52,312 nucleotides of DNA from a virus. Lineage: Duplodnaviria > Caudoviricetes. This document shows positions 1 to 10,061 of this stretch, in pieces. A program made the position numbers and the translations under genes. The stretch lies in IMG/VR virus record IMGVR_UViG_3300048852_000117, positions 1 to 52,312 of that record. One strand, given 5' to 3'. The notes beneath the pieces were generated by a model. The model was not told where the DNA came from and ran no database searches. It saw only the letters and a list, made by a program, of their open reading frames with translations. Numbering within the stretch: position 1 is the first letter of the stretch; each line of letters begins with the position of its first letter.

Positions 1-1107
1 ATGGGCACCATTACCGTTCGCAAGCGCCAGGACGGATCGTCGGCGTATACCGCGCAGATCCGCATCACTCGAAAAGGCGCGACAGTTTATCAGGAAAGCC
101 AGACCTTCGACCGCAAGACAGCCGCGCAGAACTGGATCAAGAAGCGGGAGGCCGAAATGGCAACCCCCGGCGCTATCGATAAGGTCACGCGCGGTGGAGT
201 AACGGTCAAGGCAATGATCGAGCGCTACCTGAAGGAGTACGAGAAGCTGCGACCGCTCGGCAAAACCAAGCGCGCAACACTGACGGCCATCGGCGAGACC
301 TGGCTCGGCGCACTGGAAGACCGCGACGTCACCAGCCAGAAGCTTGTCGAGTACGCCCTGCACCGGATGGAGTCGGACGGCATTCAGCCGCAGACAGTCG
401 GCAACGATTTGGCGCACCTCGGGGCCGTGCTGGCAGTGGCGCGCCCCGCCTGGGGATATGATATTGACCCGATGGCGATGCCGGACGCTCGGAAGGTGCT
501 CAAGAAAATGGGCGCGGTCACCCGGAGCCGTGAGCGCGAGCGCCGCCCCACCCTCCATGAACTGGACAAGATACTGAGCTACTTCGAGGAAATGAGGGCG
601 CGCCGCAAGCAGCAGATCGATATGGTCCGGGTCACGCTGTTCGCGCTGTTCTCGACTCGGCGGCAAGAGGAGATCACCCGCATCCACTGGGACTCGCTGG
701 ATGAGAGCCGGCAAGCGGCACTGATCACCGACATGAAGAATCCAGGCCAGAAGATTGGCAATGACATCTGGTGCCACATGCCCGATGAGGCGTGGCGCAT
801 TCTTCAGTCCATGCCAAAAGTAGAAGGCGAGTCGAGAGTCTTCCCCTACAACTCGAGATCTATCTCGGCATCATTTACCAGGGCGTGCCTGTTCCTTGAG
901 ATCGAAGACCTGCACTTTCACGACCTGCGCCATGACGGAGTGAGTCGGCTATTTGAAATGGGGTGGGATATCCCGAAAGTGGCCTCTGTATCCGGACATC
1001 GGGATTGGAACTCGATGAGGCGCTACACTCACCTGAGGGGACACGGCGACCCTTATACAGGATGGCCGTGGGTGGAAAGGGTTATCAATGGACCTGTGAT
1101 TCGCTGA
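1..1107 (+). CDS. int: Tyrosine recombinase (dusA-associated integrase type)
   Basis: Catalytic motifs STRRQEEI, HFHDLRHDG, SGHRDW..MRRYT; N-terminal arm-binding region. Confidence 0.95.
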   Translation: MGTITVRKRQDGSSAYTAQIRITRKGATVYQESQTFDRKTAAQNWIKKREAEMATPGAIDKVTRGGVTVKAMIERYLKEYEKLRPLGKTKRATLTAIGETWLGALEDRDVTSQKLVEYALHRMESDGIQPQTVGNDLAHLGAVLAVARPAWGYDIDPMAMPDARKVLKKMGAVTRSRERERRPTLHELDKILSYFEEMRARRKQQIDMVRVTLFALFSTRRQEEITRIHWDSLDESRQAALITDMKNPGQKIGNDIWCHMPDEAWRILQSMPKVEGESRVFPYNSRSISASFTRACLFLEIEDLHFHDLRHDGVSRLFEMGWDIPKVASVSGHRDWNSMRRYTHLRGHGDPYTGWPWVERVINGPVIR

Positions 1108-1636
1108 TCGACCGACCAGTGCTGCGGTCTGCGCTCAATGACTCGTAGGCTTTCTCGCAAGCCAGCCCCGCTATTCGGTTTTCATCAGCAATTCTTGCCA
1201 GCTCTCCCGCTCTCTCGTCAGCCCGGCGGCGCAGGTCGGCGAGCACATTGGTGAGGTCGTCGATTGCCTGGCTTCCCTGGGCAACTCGGGTATTGCAGCT
1301 GGCTCGACTGGCAAGCAGCTTGTCGACTTGCTGCTGCAGGCTGTCAGCAGCAGAAGCGGCGACAGCAGCATCATCCGCCGCAGCCTTGATCTGGTGTTGG
1401 GCATCATTTCGTACCTGGTCAATTTCACGTTGGCGGCGTTGCTCTTCGGCGCGGGCCGCATCACTCGCCTCTTTGGCTGCTTTGTCGACACCGGCCACGT
1501 AATCGGCGTGTTCCGTCCGGGCACTGGCCAACGCCAGGGTCTGGTAAACCAGCGCCCCGGCCAGCAGCGCGATCAGCAGCGCGATCAGCAGCACGACCGC
1601 CCACACCCACAGCGGAACCGCCTTGAGCAGCGCCAT
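1085..1636 (-). CDS. Rz-like i-spanin
   Basis: ATG 1636 overlaps the endolysin stop; one N-terminal TM helix then coiled coil; embedded lipoprotein gene. Confidence 0.85.
   Translation of the reverse strand: MALLKAVPLWVWAVVLLIALLIALLAGALVYQTLALASARTEHADYVAGVDKAAKEASDAARAEEQRRQREIDQVRNDAQHQIKAAADDAAVAASAADSLQQQVDKLLASRASCNTRVAQGSQAIDDLTNVLADLRRRADERAGELARIADENRIAGLACEKAYESLSADRSTGRSISESQVH
1171..1407 (-). CDS. Rz1-like o-spanin lipoprotein embedded in Rz
   Basis: Basic N-terminus, lipobox LLLLTAC, Pro-rich mature part, alternative frame inside Rz. Confidence 0.8.
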   Translation of the reverse strand: MMPNTRSRLRRMMLLSPLLLLTACSSKSTSCLPVEPAAIPELPREARQSTTSPMCSPTCAAGLTRERESWQELLMKTE

Positions 1637-2124
1637 CACGCGAAGGTCCCGCCGGCCTTGTCGAAGAACGCCAGCAGCTTCTCCGCCTTGTGCGGGTTCT
1701 GGCCGTAGTCGTTGCCAGGGAAGCTGGCCCAGATGTTCGAACACTTCTGGATCGCTTCGACGATCCGGCCGGCTTTGATATCGTCCAGCGCCCGGCGCTC
1801 GCGGATCTGCTGCAACGCGATGCGATCCTGGTTCTCTGGCGTGAAGCCACCCTTGAGCATCATGCTCACCCGGTAGGCATCCCAGTAGCGCTCGAGCAGC
1901 TGATACCGGCCTGCCGCCGAACTGGTCACGGGCTTACCGTTGATGGGGAAGGTCAGCCGCTTGCGCGGATGATCCCGGTAGCCCTGAAACAGGCCGCGGC
2001 CGTAGAGGACGTTATAGCCGTCGTCGCTGCCCTTCACGGTCGACGTGCCTTCTGAAAAGGCGATCATGTCCAGAAAGACGAGCACGTTCTCGCCGCCGGC
2101 CATCTGTGCGGAAATTCTTGGCAT
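1636..2124 (-). CDS. Endolysin, lambda R-like lytic transglycosylase
   Basis: FLDMIAFSEGT, YNVLYG, SSAAGRYQLL, FTPENQD, WASFPG motifs. Confidence 0.92.
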   Translation of the reverse strand: MPRISAQMAGGENVLVFLDMIAFSEGTSTVKGSDDGYNVLYGRGLFQGYRDHPRKRLTFPINGKPVTSSAAGRYQLLERYWDAYRVSMMLKGGFTPENQDRIALQQIRERRALDDIKAGRIVEAIQKCSNIWASFPGNDYGQNPHKAEKLLAFFDKAGGTFA

Positions 2125-2141
2125 TGCTTTTCTCCAGGCGT

Positions 2142-2166
2142 AAAAAAACCCGCACTTGGCGGGGTT
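2142..2166 (-). terminator. Intrinsic terminator upstream of endolysin
   Basis: GC hairpin CCGC-ACTTG-GCGG with an A-run on + (U-run on -). Confidence 0.7.
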
Positions 2167-2284
2167 CGATGTCTTCGATGCAAGACGACTGTTTATGCGT
2201 CACCGCTTGCGGTGATGCTCTTTTAGCGTCTATCGTTCAGCGTCAGTTGCCCTGAACGAGCAAGAATTATCCGAGGAATACACG

Positions 2285-3150
2285 ATGGATCGCGTAGACA
2301 TATATAACTCGCTTGCGAAACACATTAACAACAAGGACGCTTTTTTAGACAGCTCAGATCTCTGCCAATTGATGTAGTTGGGGATCTTATGCTCGGCATA
2401 CCGGACGAATTCGATGCTGTTCGATCCATGCTTCCTGAAATGCCCCCTGAGCAAATCCAGAAAAACTGGAACGGCTCGTCAGGCTACGACCTTTTGTTGC
2501 AGAGTTGCGCTTTTATGCGGACTCTTGAGTGTGGAATAAATCGCTTTACAGGGCGCTCCCTCGACGGCTCTAAGATTCTCGACTTCGGCTGTGGGTGGGG
2601 AAGGCTCTTGCGCCTTCTGTACAAATTCACACCGCCGGAGAACATCTATGGATGCGACCCCTGGGCACAGTCTTTGGAGATATGCGACGAAAGTGGCATC
2701 ACCGCAAACTTGGCGCTGTCAGATTACCTTCCAACCGAGTTGCCGTTCCCTAATGCAAAGTTCGATTTCATCTATTCGTACTCCGTGTTCACCCATCTGT
2801 CAGAAAAAGCCGCACTGGCTGCAGTCACGGCCTGCCGCAAGCACATTGCCGATGATGGCTGTCTGGTGATTACCGTTCGGCCACGCTCCTACTGGGATGT
2901 CCATCCGGACTCCCAGAATTCGCTCGTTGATAAAGCTGAGATGATTGCATCCCACGATAGAAACGGTTTTGCTTTCACGCCTCATGCGGTCGGAACACCC
3001 GCAACCGTGGATGGAGAGATAACGTACGGTGATACGTCGATAACCCTTAATTATATGGCTCAAAACTGGAAGGACTGGGACGTTATAGGCACCGATCACT
3101 TCCTACAGGATCAATATCAAATGCTGGTGTTCCTACGACCCCGCCATTGA
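2285..3150 (+). CDS. Class I SAM-dependent methyltransferase moron; N-terminus out of frame at T6 (2341-2346), in-frame ORF 2389-3150
   Basis: ILDFGCGWGRLL and FDFIYSYSVFTHL motifs; RBS GAGGA before ATG 2285; antisense to the late operon, AT-richer. Confidence 0.8.
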
Positions 3151-3272
3151 TATGGTCGCTGGCTGATGTGGGTTCACACGTCACCGATACGCAACGCCTG
3201 ATCAACGATCAGGCGCCCCTAGCTTAAGTCCTCGGCAGCTGTAAGCCATCCGATATCGTATATTTTGGAGGC

Positions 3273-4739
3273 TCAAACGCTGCCCTCCAGTGCGGCGAGT
3301 CGCGCCTCAAATCCTGCGGCAATGAAGGACAGCAGACCGTCCGATCGGAACGAATACCGGTCACCCTCCTCAACGAGAATTTCGGTCCAGGCTTCGGACT
3401 TCAGGTCGCCTTGTACATAGGTGGTCTCGCCCGTTTCAGGATCCACCAACGCAATCTGCTCATACTCTGCAGCGTGATCCCTTGTTTCAGGACCCCATGA
3501 GTCGTGACAGATGAACGAATAATTCATCGGCTCCAGCCCGTGGGACGCCATGACCTCCATCGCGCGCTGAACCGTCATGCCGCAGTGCTCACGCGCTGCG
3601 TCTTCTTTTGCCTCTATCGAACTCAGGAACCGGTAAAACCCGATTTCCTTCGCCAACTCTTTGGCTGCTGAGATTTCGTTCTCAGTCATGCCTCGAACAG
3701 GGGTCTTCTCCCGCGCGTCCGAGGTGCTGATAGCGCCCGACGAGAGGAAGGCCGTCGTATACCGGAGTGCCGCGCTGCCGACTGAGTAAGCAGCGTCCTG
3801 GCCAGGCTGAGTTACGCCGCCGGCGCCGATGAAGAACCGGCGAGTTCCGCCCGTCCAGAACTCCAGGGACCCGCCGCCGTCGTTTCGCATGACGGCCAGC
3901 CCGGTCGAGTCCAGATAGGTGATCAGATTTGCGCCACCTGGCAGTTGGGTATTGGACAGGTCGAACCGTGCCCAGCTACCAACGATCGGGGCGCCACGAA
4001 CGACCAACGATGCGTTGAACGTTGAGCTGTTGCTGGCTGTAGGCGAAACAGTGAGCGGGCTTGTGGATACCGTAAGGTTGTCGATCCGCGGTACTGATAG
4101 CGAAGTTGGAACACTCAGCGCGCCCGCATAGCTGTATGACATGACCGGGCCTTGCTGAGTGTTGTCAGCGTTGACCGATTGCCAGGTGAAGCCACCATTG
4201 CCAGCCCCGCGGTTGCAGATGAAGTTCATTGCGCCGCTGATTGGCGAGCCGCCCGTGTTCCACCCGATGAACGCACCTTGCAGGTTGTATCCGCCAGCCT
4301 GAGCTTTCAGCGCCAGTCCGCCGAACTGTGGATACATCGTGCCAGCCATGAAGCCCAGATTGTTGACGGCATTATCCGCGTTCTCTCCACCAGTCCCGCC
4401 CTTGGAAATCGGCAAGGTGTCATAGTTGCCAGTTGTGCCCAGCGCCGCCAGCTTCGAGCCGAACTGATTGACCAGCGCACGCAGCGCGTCGGCCGAATCC
4501 TTGACGTAGCCCTGCATCGGGGCAAGCGCGTAGGTGCCAGCGGACGTGTTCGAGCCGAGGTAATTGGGCGAGATCGATATCGCAGTGTTGCTGGCGATGT
4601 TGGTGACTTCATACCAGCGCCCATCAGGGCCGAGGAAGGCGTCACCTACCCGGCTGTTTGCGATGAAGGCGGTGTTCGTGCCAATGACAGCGTTCGAATT
4701 TTGGACGACAGAAACCGTCCCGGCTTTATACCAGGGCAT
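3273..4739 (-). CDS. Tail fibre with C-terminal intramolecular chaperone (peptidase S74-like)
   Basis: N-terminal WYKAGTVSV anchor; STSDAREKT autocleavage motif; position after tail tip genes. Confidence 0.88.
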   Translation of the reverse strand: MPWYKAGTVSVVQNSNAVIGTNTAFIANSRVGDAFLGPDGRWYEVTNIASNTAISISPNYLGSNTSAGTYALAPMQGYVKDSADALRALVNQFGSKLAALGTTGNYDTLPISKGGTGGENADNAVNNLGFMAGTMYPQFGGLALKAQAGGYNLQGAFIGWNTGGSPISGAMNFICNRGAGNGGFTWQSVNADNTQQGPVMSYSYAGALSVPTSLSVPRIDNLTVSTSPLTVSPTASNSSTFNASLVVRGAPIVGSWARFDLSNTQLPGGANLITYLDSTGLAVMRNDGGGSLEFWTGGTRRFFIGAGGVTQPGQDAAYSVGSAALRYTTAFLSSGAISTSDAREKTPVRGMTENEISAAKELAKEIGFYRFLSSIEAKEDAAREHCGMTVQRAMEVMASHGLEPMNYSFICHDSWGPETRDHAAEYEQIALVDPETGETTYVQGDLKSEAWTEILVEEGDRYSFRSDGLLSFIAAGFEARLAALEGSV

Positions 4740-4751
4740 ATGTACTCCGAG

Positions 4752-5477
4752 TCAGTTGTAATATCTGGTGAGAGGAAACTTGCAAACAGGTATGCAGAAG
4801 TTGGTGCCGTTGACGCCTTGGTAGTACCAGTATCCCCCGCCGCTCACGGTCGCCGTAATCTTCAGCACCGGCAGGTTATTTTCCAGAAGGGTCATGCCCA
4901 CGAATCCCGCGCCGCCAGCAAACCACATTACGCCGCGATCAATAGACGACACGGACACAAAGTCGTCCCCGTCGATGCTCAGATCGCTGGTAAATACGTA
5001 CACAGTGCTGCCCTGCGCTCTCGTCCAGTTTTTGGCGAACTTGCTATAGGTGACTACGCGATCATCCGAGGCGAAGATCGGCTGTGCTGCCCCGTCGTAC
5101 AGTTCAAGCCCATACATGTCCTTGCTGGTCTGATTGGAGTACTTGCAAGCTACGAACTCCATATCGTAATCCTGAAGAGAGCTTCCATTTCTCACCGCCG
5201 ACGTAACAGCAAAGCCGGTCCAGTTTCCTGGGCCGCCCGCGAGCGTGATGTAGACCCCAAGCGAGCTATGCACGCCCCTCACATGGCGGAGGAATATTTG
5301 CGGGGCTTCTGAGGTTTGGATCGGCCGTGCGAACACGACCGACCCTGCCCCTTCTCGATCCGTGTAACGTGAGGTGATATTGAAATTTCCCCTCTCTGAA
5401 AAGACGAGCATTCGGTAGTCATTGCTGATTAGAACCGAGCCGCTGTTGTTTGTGACGGATAATCCATACTCGTCCAT
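4752..5477 (-). CDS. Putative tail tip protein
   Basis: Repeated YGL-x-x-x-N/D-x-x-G motif typical of genes after J; operon context. Confidence 0.65.
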   Translation of the reverse strand: MDEYGLSVTNNSGSVLISNDYRMLVFSERGNFNITSRYTDREGAGSVVFARPIQTSEAPQIFLRHVRGVHSSLGVYITLAGGPGNWTGFAVTSAVRNGSSLQDYDMEFVACKYSNQTSKDMYGLELYDGAAQPIFASDDRVVTYSKFAKNWTRAQGSTVYVFTSDLSIDGDDFVSVSSIDRGVMWFAGGAGFVGMTLLENNLPVLKITATVSGGGYWYYQGVNGTNFCIPVCKFPLTRYYN

Positions 5478-5869
5478 CAGATCACCCTAACCACTTCGAC
5501 GACACACTCGACGCTGCTTTCAACCCACTCGTCCGAGTAGTTGCCACCGACGCCCGTTGGCCTGCGCCGGTTTACATACGTGTAGATCGCGATCTGTGTA
5601 CCTCCCAAGTCGCGGTAAACAGGGACATAACCCCAAGTATCGGGGTACCCAGGCTGCGCATACGGTGCGTAGGACCGCGGGGTGATTGTCACGAAGCACC
5701 GGGCCGGGTCATAGCCGGGCACATCCATCAGAATGTAATCAGTGCGTACGCCGGTGCCGTTAGCTCGCTTGGCAGGGATCAGCAATTCTGCAAGCTTTTG
5801 AATCGTGAAATCCGCCATGCCCAGCGTGAGCGCTCCGTTGCCGTCATGAATTTCTATTCCATATTCCAT
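5477..5869 (-). CDS. Putative tail tip protein
   Basis: MEYGIEIHDGNG start; directly after the J-like gene. Confidence 0.65.
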   Translation of the reverse strand: MEYGIEIHDGNGALTLGMADFTIQKLAELLIPAKRANGTGVRTDYILMDVPGYDPARCFVTITPRSYAPYAQPGYPDTWGYVPVYRDLGGTQIAIYTYVNRRRPTGVGGNYSDEWVESSVECVVEVVRVI

Positions 5870-5878
5870 AGCGATCGG

Positions 5879-8800
5879 TTACCTCAACTTGCCCATGCGA
5901 ACCCGCACAACGTTGTTGGCGTCGTACACCGAAACGTTCTGTGATGTGATGACCAACCGGCCTTGGCCCGGGATCGCCCCGTTGATTTCCAGAGTCCCGT
6001 CCTTGTTGAGGATCCACCCGGACTGGCCTGCCACATAGTTCGTCGAACTGATGTAGCTTCCGATCTTGGCGTTGGTGATGGTGCCATCCATGATAAAGGC
6101 AGAGTTCATGAACACCTGGCCGCCCTGCACTGCGAACGGAACAGACACGGGGCCGCCAGCCATGGAGTTGACGATGGCGAAGCGGTCAGCGCTTACGAGG
6201 AATTGGCTTTGCAGTCCGGCCCCGGTGTTTTCGATACCAAGGCCAACCCCCGCAGCAACATACCGGCCGTCCTGGGTGACCTGCATCTTCACTGACCACA
6301 TGGTGTTCAGCTTGCCTTCAGTTGTCGCTTGAGCAGAACTGAGCGTCTGCACAGATGAACTGGCGCCGTTCGCCGTCGCCTGAACGGTATCGATACGGGA
6401 TGACAGGGCGCCGTCGGCGTCAGATCGGGCCTTCGCCTCGGACTGGGTCGCCGCTTGGTTCGCGCCAACTGCAGCATTAAGCGCTGTGAACTGCTGGGCA
6501 GTGGCCTGCTTATCGGTCGCCATCGTCGTCTCGACGGTGGTTATCTTGGACTCATTGGTGCCCACGCGGGCGTCCAGCGTGGTTACTCGCTGAGCCTGGG
6601 CAAAGTCCTGTTCAGCCCTGACCCTGACTTCCTGCGCATAACTCGCCGTGCTGTCCCAGCCTTTGAGCGCATCGGCCAGCTCACCCTCACCACTGTCATC
6701 ACGGCTCGACGCTTGCAGTGCCTGCAACTGGCTGGCACTGGTCACCGTCCGACCGTCGATGGTTTCGATATCGGCGGTGTTTTTGGTGACCTGCGATGCG
6801 AGGCCGTTCGCCGCGCGGATGGTCTGACCCGAGTTCACCCAGTACAGCGGGTTCGGCGGGCCGTTCGATCCATCGGCGGCGGCAGGCACATCTGCGATTG
6901 CCGTCCACAGGTTTTCGCCCACCCGTACGGTGTTGTCGCGCAAGTAGGCATCCGTTGGCACGTACACCAGGGCATCGACAATGTCACCGATCTCGTCCTT
7001 GAGCTGGTCCAGGCGGTCGTTTACCGAGCCTGGGCCATTCCCGTCGATCAGGTCGATACGGTCCGCCAGATGCTGGCCGAGTTCGGTTTCGCCGATTTTT
7101 CCGGCCATCGCCGCAAGATACGCCGACACGTCATTCGATGTCGCTGCAGGCACGTACAGGAACGAACTCTTTCCGTAGGCGTTGGACGATCGGATGAAGT
7201 AGTAATAGTTGGTGTAAAACGCCAGTCCCGCATGGGTGAAGGACAGGCCCTGCCCCAGGTAGTCGGCAGTGGCGCCAGTAGCGTTCGGCGAGGTGCTGAA
7301 GAAATACTCATAGGTGCCGCCGTTCAGCCCGCCGGAGTTCTGCGGGATCAGCACGATGCTGTCGATCGAGGCCTGCACCACGCAGGACTCAGGGATTAGC
7401 GGCCCGTCAATGCTGACCGAGATTGTCGCTTCTCCCGATCGCGCCATCGGACCCACAGCCGCCACACTCATTGTGTAGTTGCCGGACGGCAGGCCATTGA
7501 TGGCAATCTGCGAAGCCGTCTCGGGCACAGAGTGCGATTGCACCGGTGTTGCGCCCTGGCGCACCGTGACCAGATACGACGAGACGATACCCGCCGGCCG
7601 CGCCCATGACAGCACGCCCTGCACGACTTCCGCCGTCTCGTCGAAGGTCCACACCAGCCCTGTCGGCGACCCCAGGCCACCAGTCGGCAGGCTGATGAAG
7701 CCGATCGGGTCATAGGGCTGCCCTACCGCATCATCAAAGATCGCGGGATCGCACTGCGCCAACTGGACATTGCAGCCCTCGTTGTCGCCCATTGACCAGT
7801 TGGTCACAATGAATTCACCGAGGATGTTGAGCGACGGCAGGTTTACGCGAACGACGCGGCCCGGCCGGCAGTTGTAGCCAGCAAAATGCATCGGAATGCT
7901 GATGGATCCGCCTGCACGCCGGCGGCGCAGTTCGATGTTGGCCAGGCGCTGGGCCTGATAGGGATCGGTCACATAGGAGAAGGTCAGTGTTTCCGCCGCC
8001 TCGCCGCCATCCTCGATGATCCATTCTTCAATGCTGACTTCCGGATAATCCGTTTCTGTCCAAGACTGGGTCGGATCAATGAACGTCCCGCGCACGGTGT
8101 TGATGGCGTTGTCGTTGGTCGGCTCGGTGCCGCCGGTGACGGTGCCGATCACCATGTCTTCGGTGATCTGGAAGTCATAAGGACCGTAATAAGCGCCCGC
8201 TTGCATCATCCAGCGGCCACCCACGCGGATCAGCTTGCCCGCGCACGCCGCTTCAAGCTTTTGCAGAACGCCAGGGCGCTGCTCATCTGCGCCGATCACG
8301 CAGGATGTGCGATAGCGCGCGCTGGTCGACCCGTCGGCATTGGTCAGCGTCTCGTCACAGACGTTGGCGGCGCTGGCGAAGGTTTCGAATACGATCTCAT
8401 CGTCAGGCACGCCACAGCGATTGCGCAGGAACCACAGGATGTGCAGCGCCGTGTTTTCGGTGTAAATGGTGGAGCCGGTGCGTGGATCGTAGATGTCGTT
8501 CCGGCCGCGGACCACGAAGCGGGTGTCCGGGATGCCCGACGGAAACTTCTCGGCGCTGTACTTGAGGGACACGCGGACGAACGACAGCCCGCGGCCGATC
8601 TGGCTATCTTTCCAGTCCGGGCAGTTGGCCTTCAGGAAGGCATTCACTTCGGCCGGATTGACGACCAGCTCATATGAGGCGAACTCGCCGTAGCTGCCGA
8701 TTTCCTCCTCGCCGAGATAGATATTCTCCAGCGCATCTACTGCACCTTCGCAGAGCACGTAGACCATATGCAGCCATTCGCCATTGGTCTGCGCGCCTGC

Positions 8801-9058
8801 CTGTTCCTGCGCCCATACCAGCACGCCCCCCGTGGAAACGCGACCGAGGATGAAGCGGACGGGTGCCTTTGACGAGCGGACGGTTTGCGCGGATGGCTCG
8901 TTGTCCCTGAGCGGGGACTTGGTGTTCAGCTTTTCCTGCTGCTCGGCTGCGTAGAACGCAAGGCCAGCTCCGATGGCCGCCCCAACCGGGCCGCCCTGAA
9001 CGAAGCCAATCACGGCGCCGAGGGCGACCTGAGCAATCTTCTTTACACCGCTACTCAT
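5879..9058 (-). CDS. Central tail fibre / host-specificity protein (J-like)
   Basis: 1059 aa; FN3-like region, coiled coil, C-terminal SQFLVSADRFAI...GQVFMNSAFI..GTITNAKIG. Confidence 0.92.
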   Translation of the reverse strand: MSSGVKKIAQVALGAVIGFVQGGPVGAAIGAGLAFYAAEQQEKLNTKSPLRDNEPSAQTVRSSKAPVRFILGRVSTGGVLVWAQEQAGAQTNGEWLHMVYVLCEGAVDALENIYLGEEEIGSYGEFASYELVVNPAEVNAFLKANCPDWKDSQIGRGLSFVRVSLKYSAEKFPSGIPDTRFVVRGRNDIYDPRTGSTIYTENTALHILWFLRNRCGVPDDEIVFETFASAANVCDETLTNADGSTSARYRTSCVIGADEQRPGVLQKLEAACAGKLIRVGGRWMMQAGAYYGPYDFQITEDMVIGTVTGGTEPTNDNAINTVRGTFIDPTQSWTETDYPEVSIEEWIIEDGGEAAETLTFSYVTDPYQAQRLANIELRRRRAGGSISIPMHFAGYNCRPGRVVRVNLPSLNILGEFIVTNWSMGDNEGCNVQLAQCDPAIFDDAVGQPYDPIGFISLPTGGLGSPTGLVWTFDETAEVVQGVLSWARPAGIVSSYLVTVRQGATPVQSHSVPETASQIAINGLPSGNYTMSVAAVGPMARSGEATISVSIDGPLIPESCVVQASIDSIVLIPQNSGGLNGGTYEYFFSTSPNATGATADYLGQGLSFTHAGLAFYTNYYYFIRSSNAYGKSSFLYVPAATSNDVSAYLAAMAGKIGETELGQHLADRIDLIDGNGPGSVNDRLDQLKDEIGDIVDALVYVPTDAYLRDNTVRVGENLWTAIADVPAAADGSNGPPNPLYWVNSGQTIRAANGLASQVTKNTADIETIDGRTVTSASQLQALQASSRDDSGEGELADALKGWDSTASYAQEVRVRAEQDFAQAQRVTTLDARVGTNESKITTVETTMATDKQATAQQFTALNAAVGANQAATQSEAKARSDADGALSSRIDTVQATANGASSSVQTLSSAQATTEGKLNTMWSVKMQVTQDGRYVAAGVGLGIENTGAGLQSQFLVSADRFAIVNSMAGGPVSVPFAVQGGQVFMNSAFIMDGTITNAKIGSYISSTNYVAGQSGWILNKDGTLEINGAIPGQGRLVITSQNVSVYDANNVVRVRMGKLR

Positions 9059-9456
9059 TGCTCAACTCTCCAGGCCGCCAGCGGCACACACTCGACGCGG
9101 GATACGCCGTCGTCAGTCGTTGACCAGTAATCACCAGCCCAGAACACGGCCATGCTTCGGCCCCTGGGAGCGTCGTACAACACCACGTCGCCACGCTGGA
9201 TGAAGGGCAAGGCCACTCGCTTGAAACAGGCGTCCCAGGCGGCTTCGAGGCTGCCGTGGATCTTCTTCAGCTGCCGCTTGGCGCCAGCCTCGGTCTTGTA
9301 CTTGCCACGGTATTGCTCGGCGGGATCGACCCCGCAGACCGCGAAGGAGCAGTCCGCCGCGAACAGGCAGCAGTCAAATTCGCCCCATAAAAAAGGCCGC
9401 TCTTGGGCGGCCTTGATGGTGTCGTTTAATCGCGTGGTCCAGTCTCGGTGACGCAT
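9055..9456 (-). CDS. Tail assembly protein, NlpC/P60-like
   Basis: PFLWGEFDCCLFAAD and QRGDVV motifs. Confidence 0.8.
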   Translation of the reverse strand: MRHRDWTTRLNDTIKAAQERPFLWGEFDCCLFAADCSFAVCGVDPAEQYRGKYKTEAGAKRQLKKIHGSLEAAWDACFKRVALPFIQRGDVVLYDAPRGRSMAVFWAGDYWSTTDDGVSRVECVPLAAWRVEQ

Positions 9457-9458
9457 GA

Positions 9459-10061
9459 CTAGCTCCCATAGGTAAACGTCGGCGCATCCTTGCTGGAGCC
9501 CCAGTAGATGGGCCATTCGGACATTTGCGCGATTGCGTAGAAGAAGCGATCGCCCTGGTGGCGCGCTCGGTGGTTTTCATCGGTGAATCGCTCGGTACCG
9601 GTGCGGCTCCACTCGGCCATCCGGTCAACTACGGGAACCGTGATGCTGTTGCCGTCTTCGCCATTCCCAGCAAACGAGAAGCTCGCCGCGTCCATGCGGC
9701 CTGAGAACAGGATGTCGGCGGCGTAGTTGCCGAGTTCGTCGAACACCACGAACAGCACCTTGGCGGCGCGCCCGCGGCATCCACGGATATTGGTTTCAGA
9801 CAGGATGTAGGAGTCCAGGCCGCTCAATGTCAGATCGACCGACATCGGCGAGTTCGAGTTGTCGCTTTCCTGCGACTGGCTCACCTGGCCGAAGTTACCG
9901 ACACCCAGGTAGGTAATGCCATTGATGACCAAGTCGCCAGTGCCGGTATGCGCGTAAACCATGCCGTCGACGAAATCGAGCTGCACCGCGTAGACGATCA
10001 TGCACCGCCCGGTCGCGAGGATATCTACCACGCGCTGGCTGAAAGGGAATGCTGATGGCAT
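9459..10061 (-). CDS. Minor tail protein
   Basis: TGTGDLVINGITYLGVG, LFSGRMD, GDRFF motifs; context. Confidence 0.78.
   Translation of the reverse strand: MPSAFPFSQRVVDILATGRCMIVYAVQLDFVDGMVYAHTGTGDLVINGITYLGVGNFGQVSQSQESDNSNSPMSVDLTLSGLDSYILSETNIRGCRGRAAKVLFVVFDELGNYAADILFSGRMDAASFSFAGNGEDGNSITVPVVDRMAEWSRTGTERFTDENHRARHQGDRFFYAIAQMSEWPIYWGSSKDAPTFTYGS

Noticed and set aside
1085-1107. Convergent 23-bp overlap of int and Rz as a regulatory device
   Set aside because: Short tail-to-tail overlaps are common in compact phage genomes and nothing else supports a function
3273-9058. Tail-fibre diversification by DGR or invertase
   Set aside because: No reverse transcriptase, template/variable repeat pair or invertase seen
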